NCBI GenBank assembly: GCA_963514005.1
Contig: OY740807.1
Span: 12,648,001 to 12,712,000, forward strand
Source of the DNA: Raja brachyura
Taxonomy: Eukaryota
Length of the DNA stretch: 64,000 bases
Reading direction: 5' to 3'
Part shown: piece after piece, positions 1 to 12,696 of the stretch
Numbering within the stretch: position 1 is the first letter of the stretch
How the letters are laid out: each line of letters begins with the position of its first letter
Position numbers and translations under genes: made by a program
The notes under the pieces: generated by a model
Told to the model about the DNA's origin: nothing
The model's input: only the letters and a program-made list of their open reading frames with translations
Databases searched by the model: none

Positions 1-100
1 AAGTGAATTAGGTGTCAAGTTAAACGTATTTTTATGCTTTATCTGATGGGATAAATTGCAGACTTGATTTTTAACATTTCAAAATTTTGTAACATTGCTA
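1..100 (-). mobile_element. Terminus of a second copy of the 59276-60309 element family
   Basis: Reverse-complement similarity to 59276-59375 (ATCCCATCAGATAAAGCATAAAA...GACACCTAATTCACTT). Confidence 0.8.
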
Positions 101-531
101 CTCCGTATGGACAGCAGCCGTAGTCGGGATCAAACCCTGGTCTCCGGTGCTATAAGCACTGTAAGGCAGCAACCCTACCGCTGCGCCACCATGCTGCCCA
201 CTCAGAGTTCAGGATCTTGCACTTTGCAAACTAGACCTAGAATGCCAGTGCTGCATGGTAACAAACTGAAGTCTATCCTAAGCAGGCAGTAACTTTGTCC
301 ATGTAAACTGATTATTACATTGAATCACAGCGATGAGTCTGATGCACATCACCCTGATGATCTAGGGGAAAGCTACACAAAACTGACACTGCTAACTTGT
401 GCATGACACTGAACGCCAATGCAATCGATTTTGCGGTGGAACAATGCTGTTCAAGTAAAGTTCGACCTTAAAAAAAACAATTCCTCTAAGAAGAAAGACA
501 ATTTTAAGAGATTAAGATTACAATGATTTAC

Positions 532-708
532 CTTTAGGTCACTTTGGTCCTGCAGTTTCTGTACTAACTGCAATGTAGAGGCAAGTTGAGTGCGAATGAA
601 GTCTACTGATTCTTTACGCTCTATGGCAATCTGATCTGCTTCTGCACATAAATCACGATACCGGGATTTTATTACCCTCAGTTGCTCCAGAAGTTTTATT
701 GGATTTTC
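532..708 (-). CDS. SKA2: SKA2 coding exon 3 (177 nt); the final exon lies outside the window
   Basis: AG/GT flanked, phase 0; translates ENPIKLLEQLRVIKSRYRDLCAEADQIAIERKESVDFIRTQLASTLQLVQKLQDQSDLK, similar to the NP..LL..L.VIKSRY region of SKA2. Confidence 0.93.
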
Positions 709-1148
709 CTAAAACAGGAGTACAAAATATTGAGAAAGATATAATGCACTGTGATGGTGCTAGCAAAATTACCCATTCGTTAGCTAGATAAAAACATCAA
801 ATTCAGTAATTTATTATAGTTTGACAACATTTTTTTTAATGTGGAATAACATCAACACAGCTAAATCTAGTGCTTCGGGACATTTTACAATTAAGTATAG
901 TTTCTAGAGAGAACATACATACTTGAAACAAAATTGCCCCTTTCAACAGAAAAAAATATATTGCCCTTATCCTCTACCATGGCAAATATCAATTCATTAT
1001 AAGCCTGAATCCAACAAAAGTGTATCAGTTGTTTAATAGCAAGTTCTGTAGAAATGTAGATTACCCTGCATAAATAATTACCCTGTAGAAATCAACAAAA
1101 TACCAACAATCCCCTATGATCACTATTTGGATTCAACAATTTTAGTAC

Positions 1149-1238
1149 CTGTGGTGCAGTGCATTGTGGAAGATTTTTCAGCATTTCAAACTCTAGTTTG
1201 TGTTCGATATAATCCAGATCAGACTGTGCCTTCTGGAA
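1149..1238 (-). CDS. SKA2: SKA2 coding exon 2 (90 nt)
   Basis: AG/GT flanked; FQKAQSDLDYIEHKLEFEMLKNLPQCTAPQ matches the SKA2 motif FQKAESDLDYI. Confidence 0.94.
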
Positions 1239-1964
1239 CTAGATTGAAGAAAAGTAATAAATCACATTTAAAACAGTCAAACAGGCCCCCTCACTGTTTC
1301 TCCCCAACCCTTCATTAAATCATCTCTCTACAATCTTAGGAATTACATCCTCTTGTTGCTTGTATCGAAACACCATTGTGGGGAGAGGATGCAAAGAGCT
1401 TTAAACACCGAATGTTCAAACATACCCACTTTTCATTGATGACTGCAGTATATCCCAGGATTTAAAATTCATGACCATTTCAGGAAAGGAAAGCTACTTT
1501 AAAAAAAATTAATACATTTTAAAAATCATGCTGCATCAGCTGTTTGCAAGGCATGCAGATTTAGTGGGGTTTTTTTCTGTAAATATATAAAATGCCTCAT
1601 TCAATAAATGACCTTATACTAAATTGTAATGTTCCTTTAATACTTCATTGGGCTTGTAGGCACAATGCCTGGGACTGGACTTATGCTCATGAGCTGGTGA
1701 CAAGAGGATGAAATTAAGCAGGCAAATGAGCTGCAATAATAATTCATCACATTTCCTTGTCATCATGGAAGCCAATCTGATTTACCCATTGAAAAAAAGA
1801 GGGCACTAGAACCAAAAACTCAGACAGTATCCTGGTTATATGGAGAATATATTGAGAATATTGAGACTGCTAAGAGTACTGTTTTGATCCAATATGCTCT
1901 AGTACACTTAGAACACAGGCATTAACCTGACAATTTGTAAAATTACTTAATGACATAGAAAATA

Positions 1965-3520
1965 CAGTGAATTCAGAAAGTATTTAGACCCCTTCACTTT
2001 TTCCAAATTTTGTTACGTTAGAGCCTTACTCTAAAATTGATTAAATTCTTTTTTTATCATCAATCTACACACAATACCCAATAATAAAAGAGAAAACAGG
2101 TGTTTGGAGATTTTTGCAAAGTAATTAACTGAAATATCACATTTACATAAGTATTCAGACCCTTTACTCAGTACTTTGTTGATGCAACTCTGGCAGCGCT
2201 TACAGCCTCAAGTCTTCTTGGGTATGACGCTACAACTTTGGCACACCTGTTTTTGGGTGATTTCTCCCATTCTTCTCTGCAGACCCTCAAGCTCTGTCAG
2301 ATTGGATGGGGAGCGTTGATGCACAGCTATTTTCAGGTCCCTCCAGAGATGTTCGATCAGGTTCAAGTCTGGGCTCTGGCTCGGACACTCAAGGACATTC
2401 GCAGCCTTGTCAAGAAGCCACTCCTGCGTTGTCTTGGCTGTGTGCTTAGGGTCGTTGTCCTGTTGGAATGTGAACCTCCGTCCCAGTCCAAGGTCCAGAA
2501 CGCCCTGGAGCAGGTTCTCATCAAGGATCTCTCTGTACATTGCTCCGTTCATCTTTCCCTCGATCCCGACTAGTCTCCCAGTTCCTGCCGCAGAAAAACA
2601 TCCCCAAAGCATAATGCTGCCACCACCATGCTTCACCGAAGGTATGGTATTGTCCAGATAAGCAGTGCCTGGTTTCCTCCAGACGTGACGCTAGGCACAC
2701 AGGCCAAAGAGTTCAATCTTGGTTTCATCAGACCAGAAAATCTTTTTTCTCAAGGTCTGAGAGTCCTTTAGGTGCCATTTGGTAAATTCCAAGCGGGCTG
2801 TCGTGTGCCTTTTACTGAGGAATGGCATCGGTCTGGCCACTCTACCATAAAGGCCTGATTGGAGTGCTGCAGATATAGTTGTCCTTCTGGAATGTTGTCC
2901 CATCTCCACAGAGGAACTCTAGAGCTCAGTCAGAGTGACCATCGGGTTCTTGGTCACCTCCCTGACCAAGGCCCTTCTCCCCCGATCGCTCAGTTTGGCC
3001 AAGCGGCCAGCTCTATGAAGAGTCCTGGTAGTTCCAAAGTTTTTCCATTTAAGAATGAGGAAGGCCACTGTGCTCTTCGGGACCTGCAATGCTGCAGAAA
3101 TTGTTTTATACCCTTCCCCAGATCTGTGTCTCGACACAATCCTGTCTCCGAGGTCTATGGACAATTCCTTCATCATGGCTTAGTTTTGACATGCACTGTC
3201 AACTGTGGGATCGTATATAGACAGGTGTGTGCCTTTCCAAATCATGACCAATCAATTTAATTTACCACTGGTGGACTCCAATCAAGCTCAATTTGAGTGT
3301 CATAGCAAAGGGTCTGAATACTTATGTAAATGTCATATTTCAGTTATTTATTTTTAATTACTTGGCAAACGTTTCTAAAGATTGTTTTCGCTTTTTCATT
3401 CTGGGGTATTGTGTGTAAATTGATGATTTAAAAAAAACACGTAATCCATTTTAAAGTAAGACTGTAACGTAACAAAATGTGGAAAAAGTGAAGGGGTCTG
3501 AATACTTTCTGAATGCACAG
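1965..3520 (-). mobile_element. Full-length but decayed Tc1-family transposon (IR/DR type)
   Basis: TA on both flanks; about 200-bp inverted repeats starting CAGTGAATTCAGAAAG; frameshifted transposase pieces with [28 protein letters not shown] and [11 protein letters not shown]. Confidence 0.94.
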
Positions 3521-3522
3521 TA

Positions 3523-4330
3523 GGCCATTCAATAGGATAATCACTGATCATTCAAAATCAGTAACCTGTTCCTGCTTTTTCCCCCCATATCCCCCGATTC
3601 AGTTAGCCCAAAGAGCGATATCTAGCTCTCTTGAAAACATAGCAATAGCACGAATGTCCTTCCTCAAATTAGGAGACCAAAGCTGCACACAATACTGCAG
3701 GTGTGGTCTCACTAGGGCCCTGTACAACTGCAGTAGGACCTTCTTGCTGCTAAACTCAAATCCTCTTGCTATGAAGGCCAACATGCCATTTGCTCTACCT
3801 GCATGCAAGGACACAAAGGTCTTGTTGCAAATCACCTTTTCCTATTCTGACATCATTCAGATAATAATCTGCCTTCTTGTTCTTGTCACCAAATTGGATA
3901 ACCTCATTTATCCACATTATACTGCATCTGCCCACTCACCCAACCTATCCAAGTCACCCTGCAGCCTCATACCATCCTTCTCGCAGCTCACAATGCCACC
4001 CAGCTTACCGAGCCTTGTGGTACCCCACTAGTCACTCCCTGCCATTCTGAAAATAAACCATTAATTCCTACTCTTTGCTTCCTGTCTGCCAACCAGTTCT
4101 CTATCCATATTAATACCCTACCGCAATATCATGTGCTCTAATTTTTCACACCAATCCCTGGTGTGGGACCTTGTCAAAGGCTTTTTGAAAGTCCAGATAC
4201 ACTACATCCATTGGCTCTCCCTTATCAATTCTACTTGTTACATCCTCAAAAAATTCCAGAGGATTAGTCAAGCATGACTTCCCCTTCATAAATCCATGCT
4301 GACTTTGACCGATCCTGTCACTGCTTACGA
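3523..4330 (-). mobile_element. CR1/HER1-like LINE fragment
   Basis: RT motifs QHGFMKGKSCLTN, VYLDFQKAFDKVPH and LYRALVRPHLQYCVQLWSP. Confidence 0.88.
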
Positions 4331-4819
4331 AAAGGAAGGCTATTCCAATCCTTGTAATCCGTAGCAAGACGATAGGTGCCATTAACAGCGCTATCAAGCA
4401 GGATCTTGTTACAAAACTCATTTGGATTTTGCCAGAACCACTTGACTCCAGACGTCATTGGATCCAAATAGAAACACTAGTCAAATTCTGCACACAAACT
4501 AGGTTTTGACAAAATTCCTTTGTTAGCTCATATTATACACCAAGAGAATTTTCAGACAGAGAGTGTGGGGAAAGAAGAGAGAACTGTTCTCTCTTCAGAA
4601 CAGGTCTCGACCAAAAACGTCACCCATTCCTTCCCTCCAGAGATGCTGCCCGTCCCGCTGAGTTACACCAGCATTGTGTGTCTATCTTCGATTTAAACCA
4701 GCATCTGCAGTTCTTTTCTACACAGAGAACTATTCACCCCCTTTGCTTGTATATTCTGCATTTGGTCTGATCCTGAAGCAAGAGCTAAGGGAACTTCACA
4801 ATGTAAGTATGTGGGATAT

Positions 4820-5394
4820 TGTTAGGTACTTCCCCTCTCCCCCCCCCCCCCCCCGTTGAATACTGTACTTACCTTTCTGTTTCTCTGCAGGCCGTGGCTG
4901 GGAGCCAGGAATCAAGGGGTTAACAGCTTCTGTACCCGAGCTACGTCAGGTGACTCATCGGGAGCTTTAAAAGGCAGAAGCTCCCAGAATTCTCTCTCCA
5001 ATATAGATCTCTGGAGGAAGAGGTGCCGGGCTGAGCTGCATGAGGCCTGGCCGCATGGCACCGCATTTTGTATATTTGTGACATACTTTTGTAAATTAAT
5101 GTTCTATTGGGACGGAAGGGATGACCTGAGAGTTTTCGGGTATTTTTGGTTGTAGAGTTAGGGCTATATAGGCAGTTTAGAGTCTTCAGTCCGACAGTCC
5201 ATCAAGAGGCTGGCTGGAGCACCCTTATATATTATTTTATAGCCAATTCTGGTCCCTGACCGTGTTCTTTAAAAATCAGGTTCTGGTTTTGTTTAGTGTT
5301 ACAAATTAAAGACTGTTTTTTTTTAAATAGAAACTTGACCCTGGTTTTGATTTGTTACGCGACTCTGAGGAACCAGCCTTTGGGAGTCGTAACA
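4820..5394 (+). mobile_element. Solo LTR (about 575 bp)
   Basis: TGTTAGG...CGTAACA termini; 5-bp flanks GATAT/GGTAT; TATATA at 5165; ATTAAA at 5305. Confidence 0.72.
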
Positions 5395-8264
5395 GGTATC
5401 TAAAAAGGAAAATAATGACTAATGATGGCTAAAGATCTCAGCTTAACAAATAAATCCATGTTACACAAATTTGTAGCAAGAAAGATTAAGGTGAAGGACA
5501 ACTATTTGTTAGAGAAGAACATGAATACGATAGCTTTTCTTTCTTCGACTGTACGCACTTCCAACAGTTTCTCAGAATTTCAGCCATGGATCATTCAACA
5601 GAGTATTCATCTTGTGAAATAAAATCCACTGCCTGTGTCCTTAAAAGAACCAGGCTCCCACCATCTGCCTCATTTGAGAATACAACGAACTGCCAGAGGC
5701 TGACACTTGGCTTCCAGGGTGAAGTTCTGACTCTCATTCTGAAGAGGGGTCTCGACCCGAAATGTCACCCATTCCTTCTCTCCAGAGATGCTGCCTGTCC
5801 CGCCAAGTTACTTCCGCAGTTTTTTGTCTTTGAAATTCTAGACACCTTTTTTTTATTAATGCGACGGAAGTCTTTTTGAACCAGAGGGGCAATTTTATCT
5901 GCCATCTGGTCTGACAGTTCTTCCAAATTTCAATCACAAAGTCCTGAGTCAGAGGGAGGTTCAAGATGGGTATCCAGGCAAAGGCTATATTGCATGGTCC
6001 ATTCCAACTAAAGGAATACAAGAAATAAATTAAAATCATTCATTCCTTTCTGCTGAGATTTCCTCCCCTTCCAGAAAACAGGAAATAATTGAGGCCAAAG
6101 CTATTTTCATTATTTTCCGTAAAAATGTTTTTGGACTAATGTATGTAAATCTCAGGCAGATTTTAACATGTTCATAATGGTAACCAAAACTGAAATTTTA
6201 CTGGATTTATTTTTCAGAAACTACAGGGCCAAGACAGAATGGACGACAAAGTAGTCATCCAATTAATTTAAAAAAAAAGACTCAAAAATCTGCGTCTGCG
6301 ATTTGTAAGAAATGTCAGACAAGCTGAGCGTTAGAGTTGTCCTTTTGGTTTATAAGGACTTCCATCACATGAATGGCAGACGCCATTAAGAAAAAAAAAC
6401 ATCCTTGAACTCAAACTTCAGCCGTGGCTAATTATTGCATTCACAATATGAAAATGATTGTGGAAACACTGTGGTAGCAGGCAATTCAGTTAGATGCTTT
6501 GGTGTGGTACTGCCAAAGGCAGCACCTCTGGATAACTGAATAAACAATGGCCTGCCTTGACCACTTGGATGGCTACAAAATATCCCATAACTCCATTTAA
6601 ATAACTCGGGGCATCACTTGGAACAAAGAACACCTATTCCCAGTGAAACTCCAACATTTTGTTTCCACGGTTAGCCTAAATCTCAAACTCTGATCTTGCA
6701 GTGGAATTGAAACTCAATAGTATGACTGAGTAAATAGCCCAAATAGATCATGACAAGACATTAATTTTTCCCTCATGCCCTGTGTCACAAAGTAGACATG
6801 TGGATTAATACTAAGAAAGCAATTTTATTAATTCATTGGCTTGAATATCAGGAAAATATAAAATGGATCAATTTTATAAATTGAAACTAGCAAAAATGTA
6901 CTGAACCACAAGCATGGTAATGGCAAGACTGGAATGATGAAACACAGCATCACAATTCTACATTTAGAAATTAAACTGGCCATTTAGAAAATATACTGTC
7001 GCATGACGTTCAATCAAATTGGTTTGTCGATCTGCCAGTTAATCAAACAGCCATCTCCAAGTTTTTCTTGGAAAAGGACAGCCTAATAATTCTGAACAGC
7101 TCACCCATTGCCACACAATAGTAATTAAAAGCAATAAAAATACAAGAGAAATGTACCCCATACATTAAACTTAGTAAAATGGCGTATACTTATTATTACT
7201 GCAAACACAAAATAACTTGCATTGATATAACACCTCTATACACATACCATTAAACAAAGGCTTTTAATAAATGAATGATTTCATCCAAATCTTCTAGAAG
7301 TCCAACAATGAAATCAACTTAGTTATACTGCGACATGCAAGAACGGACATCTCATTCTTTAATCATAAAACCATTTATATTGCTCTTCTTGGGATCTGCA
7401 CAATGCAGTGTAAATTATTCAGTGATGATCAATTATTCAAAAAAAGTTAGTGCTTTAAGAAGACCACAAATGTTCAGGGCTAATCCAATTATTGTTTGAA
7501 ATTGAAAACCAGGTCTCCCTTGAAAGAACGCAGGGAGACAATACTACCAAAGTTTTGCTCTTTAAACAAATAAATTCACATGGCAACAGTGGTCTCTTGG
7601 ATCCAATCCTTTCCCCAACCTTCAAGGTCCCAATTAAATTTAGGAAATACACTAAATACCCTACCTTGCTCCCCAAAAACATTTGCATTTTTCTATTTTT
7701 ACATTAGTGTTGTTTACCCCGACACAAGATCCCACACATCATTCACCAAGTGCAAACTTGATCTGCCCTACTCAGATTACAACAGAAATTACTCATCCCT
7801 TCTGTATTGATGCATCCTTTGAACCAGTTGAGCAGGTTTGTTTCCAATATGCAAGTGGCAAACAACCAAAACGAGACGAGACATGCTGGAACAGCTTGGC
7901 ATCTGTTTCTGAAATATGCCTTTTGAAGGAATGCTATAATAATTAGGTGAACATGCTTCTTCTCTCCTTAAGTGCCAGGTATACAAACTTTTAGGAAAAT
8001 TTGTGCGCACAATACTATTGGATTTTTAAATAATCTTCCATTAAAGGACAGGCACAGTGTTACATTGGGTTCCACGCAACCAAAATTCATGCTGTGCCAC
8101 TTAAAATGTTTAGTTAAACAAACCACAAAATAGAGAGCTTCAAAACCTTACAGCATATTCCGAGGATATAATTTAACTGTTCATACTATTATTCTGAAGA
8201 CCAAATTATAAATCTCAGATCAGTGTTGGCTTTCATTTCAGAAGTCAGAAAAGCTACAGGCTTA

Positions 8265-8816
8265 AGGGCCTGTCCCACCAGCATGCAGCTCTATGCGATT
8301 AGCGCGACCTAACGTAGTCGCTTGAGCCGTCTGGCGTCGCCGGTGCCACTTCGATCGCCGGAGCCGTGCGGAATTGTGCGGAGTTCGTCCCGAGTTTGTT
8401 CGTTCCGAAAAACTGACTATGTCCAAAAATTCCGCGTGGCAACGGCTTGTCGGCTCGCAGTCACCTCGACGTTTACACATCGCCCCGACATCGTGCCTCC
8501 GTGAACCTATCTGTCTCTGTAGGTGCCTCCGTGACCCTCTATGTGTGTGGCTCCGTGGCCCTGTGTGTGTGTGTGGCTCGGTGCCCCTCTCTGTACTGGC
8601 GAACTTACCTTAGACTTCACTCCAAGTTCGCCTCACTTTGCGCCACTCACCCGACCTCCGCGCGCCCCCTACTACCGGTTTGGTTGTGCTTCCCGTATGC
8701 AGGCTCATGCTGGTGGGAACGGTCCTGTACAGGGGATCACCCGACCTCCGCGCGGGCCCCGCTTCTATTTTGATCGCGTTCATCGCATAGAGTTGCATGC
8801 TGGTGGGACAGGCCCT
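8265..8816. mobile_element. PIF/Harbinger-type MITE
   Basis: Terminal inverted repeat AGGGCCTGTCCCACCAGCATGC; TTA target duplication. Confidence 0.85.
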
Positions 8817-9794
8817 TTAATCTCCTTTTCAGAGATGTAAGCATATAATCTATGACATTGAGCAATAATATGGAGAAAATGCTGCTTTTTTGTATGATGC
8901 TGCCTTTCAGAGACAATGTTAATCAAAAAGATCACCTTTGCTCCTTCAAAGGCACAAAAACAATAAAATGCTCTGGTATTATTAATATTTGAACTAATGA
9001 AGGCAACTCCTTCCACTACTACAATGGTCAATGCATGTGCTGGCTTTAAAAATCATGGTAAAACATGACACAAATTCACATGCAAATAATGCGATTGTCA
9101 CCACTGCGAAGGAATTAACATTTCAATTTGCCATCAGCAAGCTTGTAAATTCAATTAGAAATATGCACGGTGGCAGCGAATTATAACCAGTATTGCAAAG
9201 GACATGGGTCCTCAAGTCTGAGAAGTTACATATTCACACAGCTGTCCTCTGAAAATGGGACTGGGAAATTTCCACTTTCCTTGTGGAACATTGTTCAATG
9301 CCACATCTGCAAAAATTCAGTCATTTGGGAAAGTTATAAGCATTTCTTTAGCAAAGTGAAAGGCAGACTTACACCTTTCATCATACCAACTTAACCAGAT
9401 CTCATCTCAACCATATTTTCCAAATGTCGTGTCATGGGAATGAACAAATCTAGAATAGAAATGTTGATTGAAATTTACAGTTCTATCACCACATTGTTGA
9501 CAACCCTCAGTTCAAAGCACATGAATCAACATTTGAACTCTCGATGACAGAACATTACAGCACAAGAACATACATTTTATTTTTAATGATAAATCATTTG
9601 GTCAGGTTACAACTGAAAACGTTGGAGCTACTCACTGCAACAGGCAAGTGGGCTGAAAAACGTCCAGGCTGCTCTGTGGTACACATATTCTCGGATTCTC
9701 CTTGTGCAGAATTTGCCATTGCAAAACTACACCAATGTGAATACTCAAGTTTCTACTCACCGGTGTTTTGTAAGCCATTTTTGCTGCAATTCCC

Positions 9795-9875
9795 AAACAC
9801 TGAAACCCTATAAGCAATATTGCACTACTCACAGCTATCTACAAAGCAGAGGCAATATTGATAGGGTTCCAGTAC
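9795..9875 (-). ncRNA. MIR454: pre-mir-454 (3p 9805-9827, 5p 9846-9867)
   Basis: Minus strand 3p UAGUGCAAUAUUGCUUAUAGGGU is the known mature sequence; complementary 5p arm ACCCUAUCAAUAUUGCCUCUGC; located in SKA2 intron 1 as in mammals. Confidence 0.96.
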
Positions 9876-11503
9876 CCGAGCATCAAACATCATCACTTCC
9901 TAAAAGTGCACCCGGACCGCAAGTTTAATAAACAAAAATGCTTGAGACATGGAGTTATGTCAAAAATAATTGTTCATGCTCAATTTAGATTGCAATCCAT
10001 CATATGGTAGCAACATGATGTACATTGTGGATTAACCATTTTTTAAATTAGTGACATGAAAGGAAATTTATCACATAAGGAATGACGGAAACACTTTTCT
10101 TTAGATAACTTTTGCTATTTTTTGTAACATTGCTACCTTACAAGTTACTATTCCGATTTCAATTAACAAATTTATAATGCCACCAACTTTAAGTAATCTT
10201 AATTTAAATCTATTTTTCATAACGCATGCCACACTCCATGCATAAAAATGATTTATTAAAAATATTTGGCGGATATTCACCAGTCTCTTCCTAAAAATGG
10301 TGTAATTGAACATTTTCTAAAATCGCAACCAGTTTGCAAGTGAAGGAACATTAACAGCAAAATTATACAAATAACACAAGTCTGCAGTCCCGATATAATA
10401 CATCCATATTCTAATCTGTAGCATTTGAAGAAAGAGGCAAATTAACATGTTTTTAAAAAATTACAAACACACTTATTCAAAGATCTTGGGAAAAAAAAAT
10501 GTACACTTATGACACGACTGCAAGAGTCCGAATGAGTCACTGGATAAGTTCCAAACAAATTCTGCGATCTATTCTACAATGTTAATGATAATTGCTTTAT
10601 AAAAAAGACCAAGTGCAAAGAGACATTAATGTTGCTATCAATACCACTCATGATTAAGAAACTTCAAAAAAACTTACCTCTGTTAAGTGCAACATAACCA
10701 GGAGATAATGATTCAGTAATATGTTCATCGTATTAGCCAAGACAAGGAAACTGGAAATAGGTTTAACTTACACCTTATTTCTACTATCTGCAACACCATT
10801 ATTTCCATCATCTGCAAACTTACTAAATATCTATAGTGCAAAAACAATATTTAAAAAGGGATCAGGCGCAAACTATTTTCTTCCAGGCATGCAACAGCAA
10901 AACATCAGTGCTTATTGCGTATTTGATGAAATAGGACAAGATAGACAATCTAATGCTACAAATTAAATGCACATGCTCAATGTAAATATCGATTGCATAA
11001 AAACAAGTACCCCAATTCCGAATAACAAATATGTTTCTTCTTGTAGTAATTCAAAATAGGAAAAAAAACTGAAATTGTTAAAAGGGCACTCTATAGCTAG
11101 GTTTATCAAATAGAACATTGAAATTACGTTTCCTACTGGAGGATGGCAAGCACGTCAAGCTGCAGCAGGATTATCTGGAAACAATCCAGAAGCTGTCAAA
11201 CAAGTTAAAACAAAACACTAAAAAGGAATCACAGGGCATCTCAATGTGTCCCAAAGCCATTTATGAAATTTTGAAAGTTTAATTTGGAAAGTCAGTGATT
11301 TTAGAACATTTGGTACATGGAAAATGGTGAATGATCAAGATAGTCCTGCCTCTCTAGTGCTTGAATGCATTATGGAATTTTGTTAAAATAGATTATAGAA
11401 ACATAGAAATTAGGTGCAGGAGTAGGCCATTCGGCCCTTCGAGCCTGCACCGCCATTCAATATGATCATGGCTGATTATCCAACTCATTATCTTTCACTT
11501 CAG

Positions 11504-11737
11504 TGTTAAAGAAGGAACGGCAGATGCTGGAGAATCGAGGGTTACACAAAAAGCTGGAGAAGCTCAGCGGGTGCAGCAGCATCCAAGGAGCGAAGGAGAT
11601 AGGCGACGTTTCGGGTCGAGACCCTTCTTCAGACCTGAAGTCTGAAGAAGGGTCTCGACCCGAAACGTCGCCATCTCCTTCGCTCCTTAGATGCTGCTGT
11701 ACCCACTGAGTTTCTCCAGCTTTTTGTGTAACCCCCC
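11504..11737. mobile_element. Penelope-like inverted-repeat insertion
   Basis: About 95-bp imperfect arms (11539-11734) around GAAGAAGGGTCTCGACCCGAAACG; 14-bp duplication ATCTTTCACTTCAG at 11490-11503 and 11738-11751. Confidence 0.7.
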
Positions 11738-11820
11738 ATCTTTCACTTCAGCCTGGTTCTCTCCTCTTTTTCACAGTCACTCCATTCTAACTCCTGGAAC
11801 ATTAACTCCAAACAAAAGTA

Positions 11821-12696
11821 CCGTATTTCCCAGCAATGAAGACAATATTTTTATCCAAAAATAAGGCACGAAAATTTACCAGGCCAAAGGTTAGCTTGTT
11901 AGACAAGAAAGAGAGACTTGGCTATCCCTCAGTACAGCAGCAACATCAAGAACGATGTTGCTGCTGTACTGAGGGATAGCCAAGTTCCCTCATTGCTGAC
12001 AACTGATGAGAAGCAGCTGTAAAAGAACAGCGCTTCTTGGGGGAGGGGGAGGGGTGAGTGGCGCTGTTGGGTGGTGTCGGTTGGCTGTAAGTGGCCACCG
12101 GGAGCGGACTGCAGAACCGGCCGCCACCTCGGCGCCCTCTGTCGGCCCGCTCCCTTCTGGCAGTGCTCTCCGTCCGAACACCTCTCCTGCCACACGCCCA
12201 TGTCGGCTGCGTCCCGCAAATCCTTAAATTCCGACTACCGCTGGGAGCAGGACACTGCATAGCATTCACTGCCCGGTCCGTGTCTTTCAAGAGCAAAGAT
12301 CACAGAGCGGAGCAGGTCAGCAGGCGATGGGCAACAGGACAGCGGGCGGTGGAGCTTACTCCTGTGTCAGTGAGAGTAACCTCAATTGGTCCCTTGAACT
12401 AGTAATGTCATTCAATAAGATCACAACCGATTTAACTTGTCCTGGTGTGCTCCCATTTTCCCCACCATCTCTCTACCTGCCGTCACCCTGCACCCCCCCC
12501 CCCACCCATTCAGAATGGAGGAGATCTGGAAGCCATGGGCAAATTGAATCGCCGCCTTTCTATTTAACTATCTATTTATTTATTTATTTATTAGCACGGG
12601 AGATTCTATGTCCCGCCAACGTTTGTTCAAAATTTAGCAACTCAAAATGGGAGCGCGTCTTCAACGCAGGTGCATCTTCATTGCCGGAAGTACTTG
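11821..12696. mobile_element. Non-autonomous pogo/Tigger-like DNA transposon
   Basis: TA followed by CCGTATTTCCCAGCAATGAAGAC at left; degenerate inverse ATCTTCATTGCCGGAAGTAC at right; GC-rich interior. Confidence 0.6.
11916..11985. repeat. Perfect 32-bp hairpin with 6-nt loop
   Basis: ACTTGGCTATCCCTCAGTACAGCAGCAACATC, then AAGAAC, then the exact reverse complement. Confidence 0.95.

Noticed and set aside
8262-8840. Cluster of short ORFs
   Set aside because: They fall inside a GC-rich non-autonomous MITE and lack transposase motifs
11068-11092. TGTTAAAAGGGCA resembling the 3' half of miR-130a
   Set aside because: Wrong strand relative to the host transcript, no seed, and no complementary arm
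12295-12315. CAAAGATCACAGAGCGGAG, resembling the footprint termini
   Set aside because: No matching opposite end or target duplication found nearby
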